64,000 nucleotides of DNA, from NCBI GenBank assembly GCA_030704615.1, contig CM060732.1:74400001-74464000 (forward strand), given 5' to 3'. This DNA is from Takakia lepidozioides (Eukaryota; Plantae; Bryophyta). The position numbers and the translations under genes are program-made. The notes under the pieces are model-generated. The model ran no database searches and had not been told where the DNA came from. It saw only the letters and a program-made list of their open reading frames with translations. Positions 63,966 to 64,000 of this stretch are shown here, piece by piece (the first letter of the stretch is position 1; every line of letters begins with the position of its first letter).

Positions 63966-64000
63966 AGCTCCTCCCGGAAAAGCCTCCTTCACAGCTTCTC

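Overview
Eukaryotic nuclear DNA, most likely from a non-seed land plant (bryophyte/lycophyte/fern grade). This is inferred from a PLS-class PPR fragment, an OSB-like motif, a MULE transposase subtype I recognise from mosses, non-chromovirus Ty3 elements and GT-AG introns. The window is almost entirely nested, decayed transposable elements. The only apparently intact host gene is a two-exon SRPBCC/START (lachrymatory-factor-synthase-like) gene at the right edge (minus strand). Left to right: (1) a tRNA-derived SINE; (2) a DIRS/Ngaro-like gag ORF between 500-bp direct repeats; (3) an element with long imperfect inverted ends; (4) a 5'-truncated LINE split by a ~13-kb hAT derivative that carries two convergent unknown genes, palindromic repeat arrays, a second SINE copy and a TTAA-flanked piggyBac-like MITE; (5) a CACTA TnpA-like gene interrupted by a CACTA MITE; (6) two divergent Ty3 LTR elements that share an extra ORF between PBS and gag; (7) a PPR/MULE-SWIM junction; (8) RandI/Dualen-like LINE fragments; (9) a near full-length APE-RT LINE with a triplicated 47-aa module. 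The best candidates for undescribed biology are the conserved pre-gag ORF0, the hAT cargo-gene/palindrome-array module and the piggyBac-like MITE. All calls come from manual motif reading and no database searches were run.
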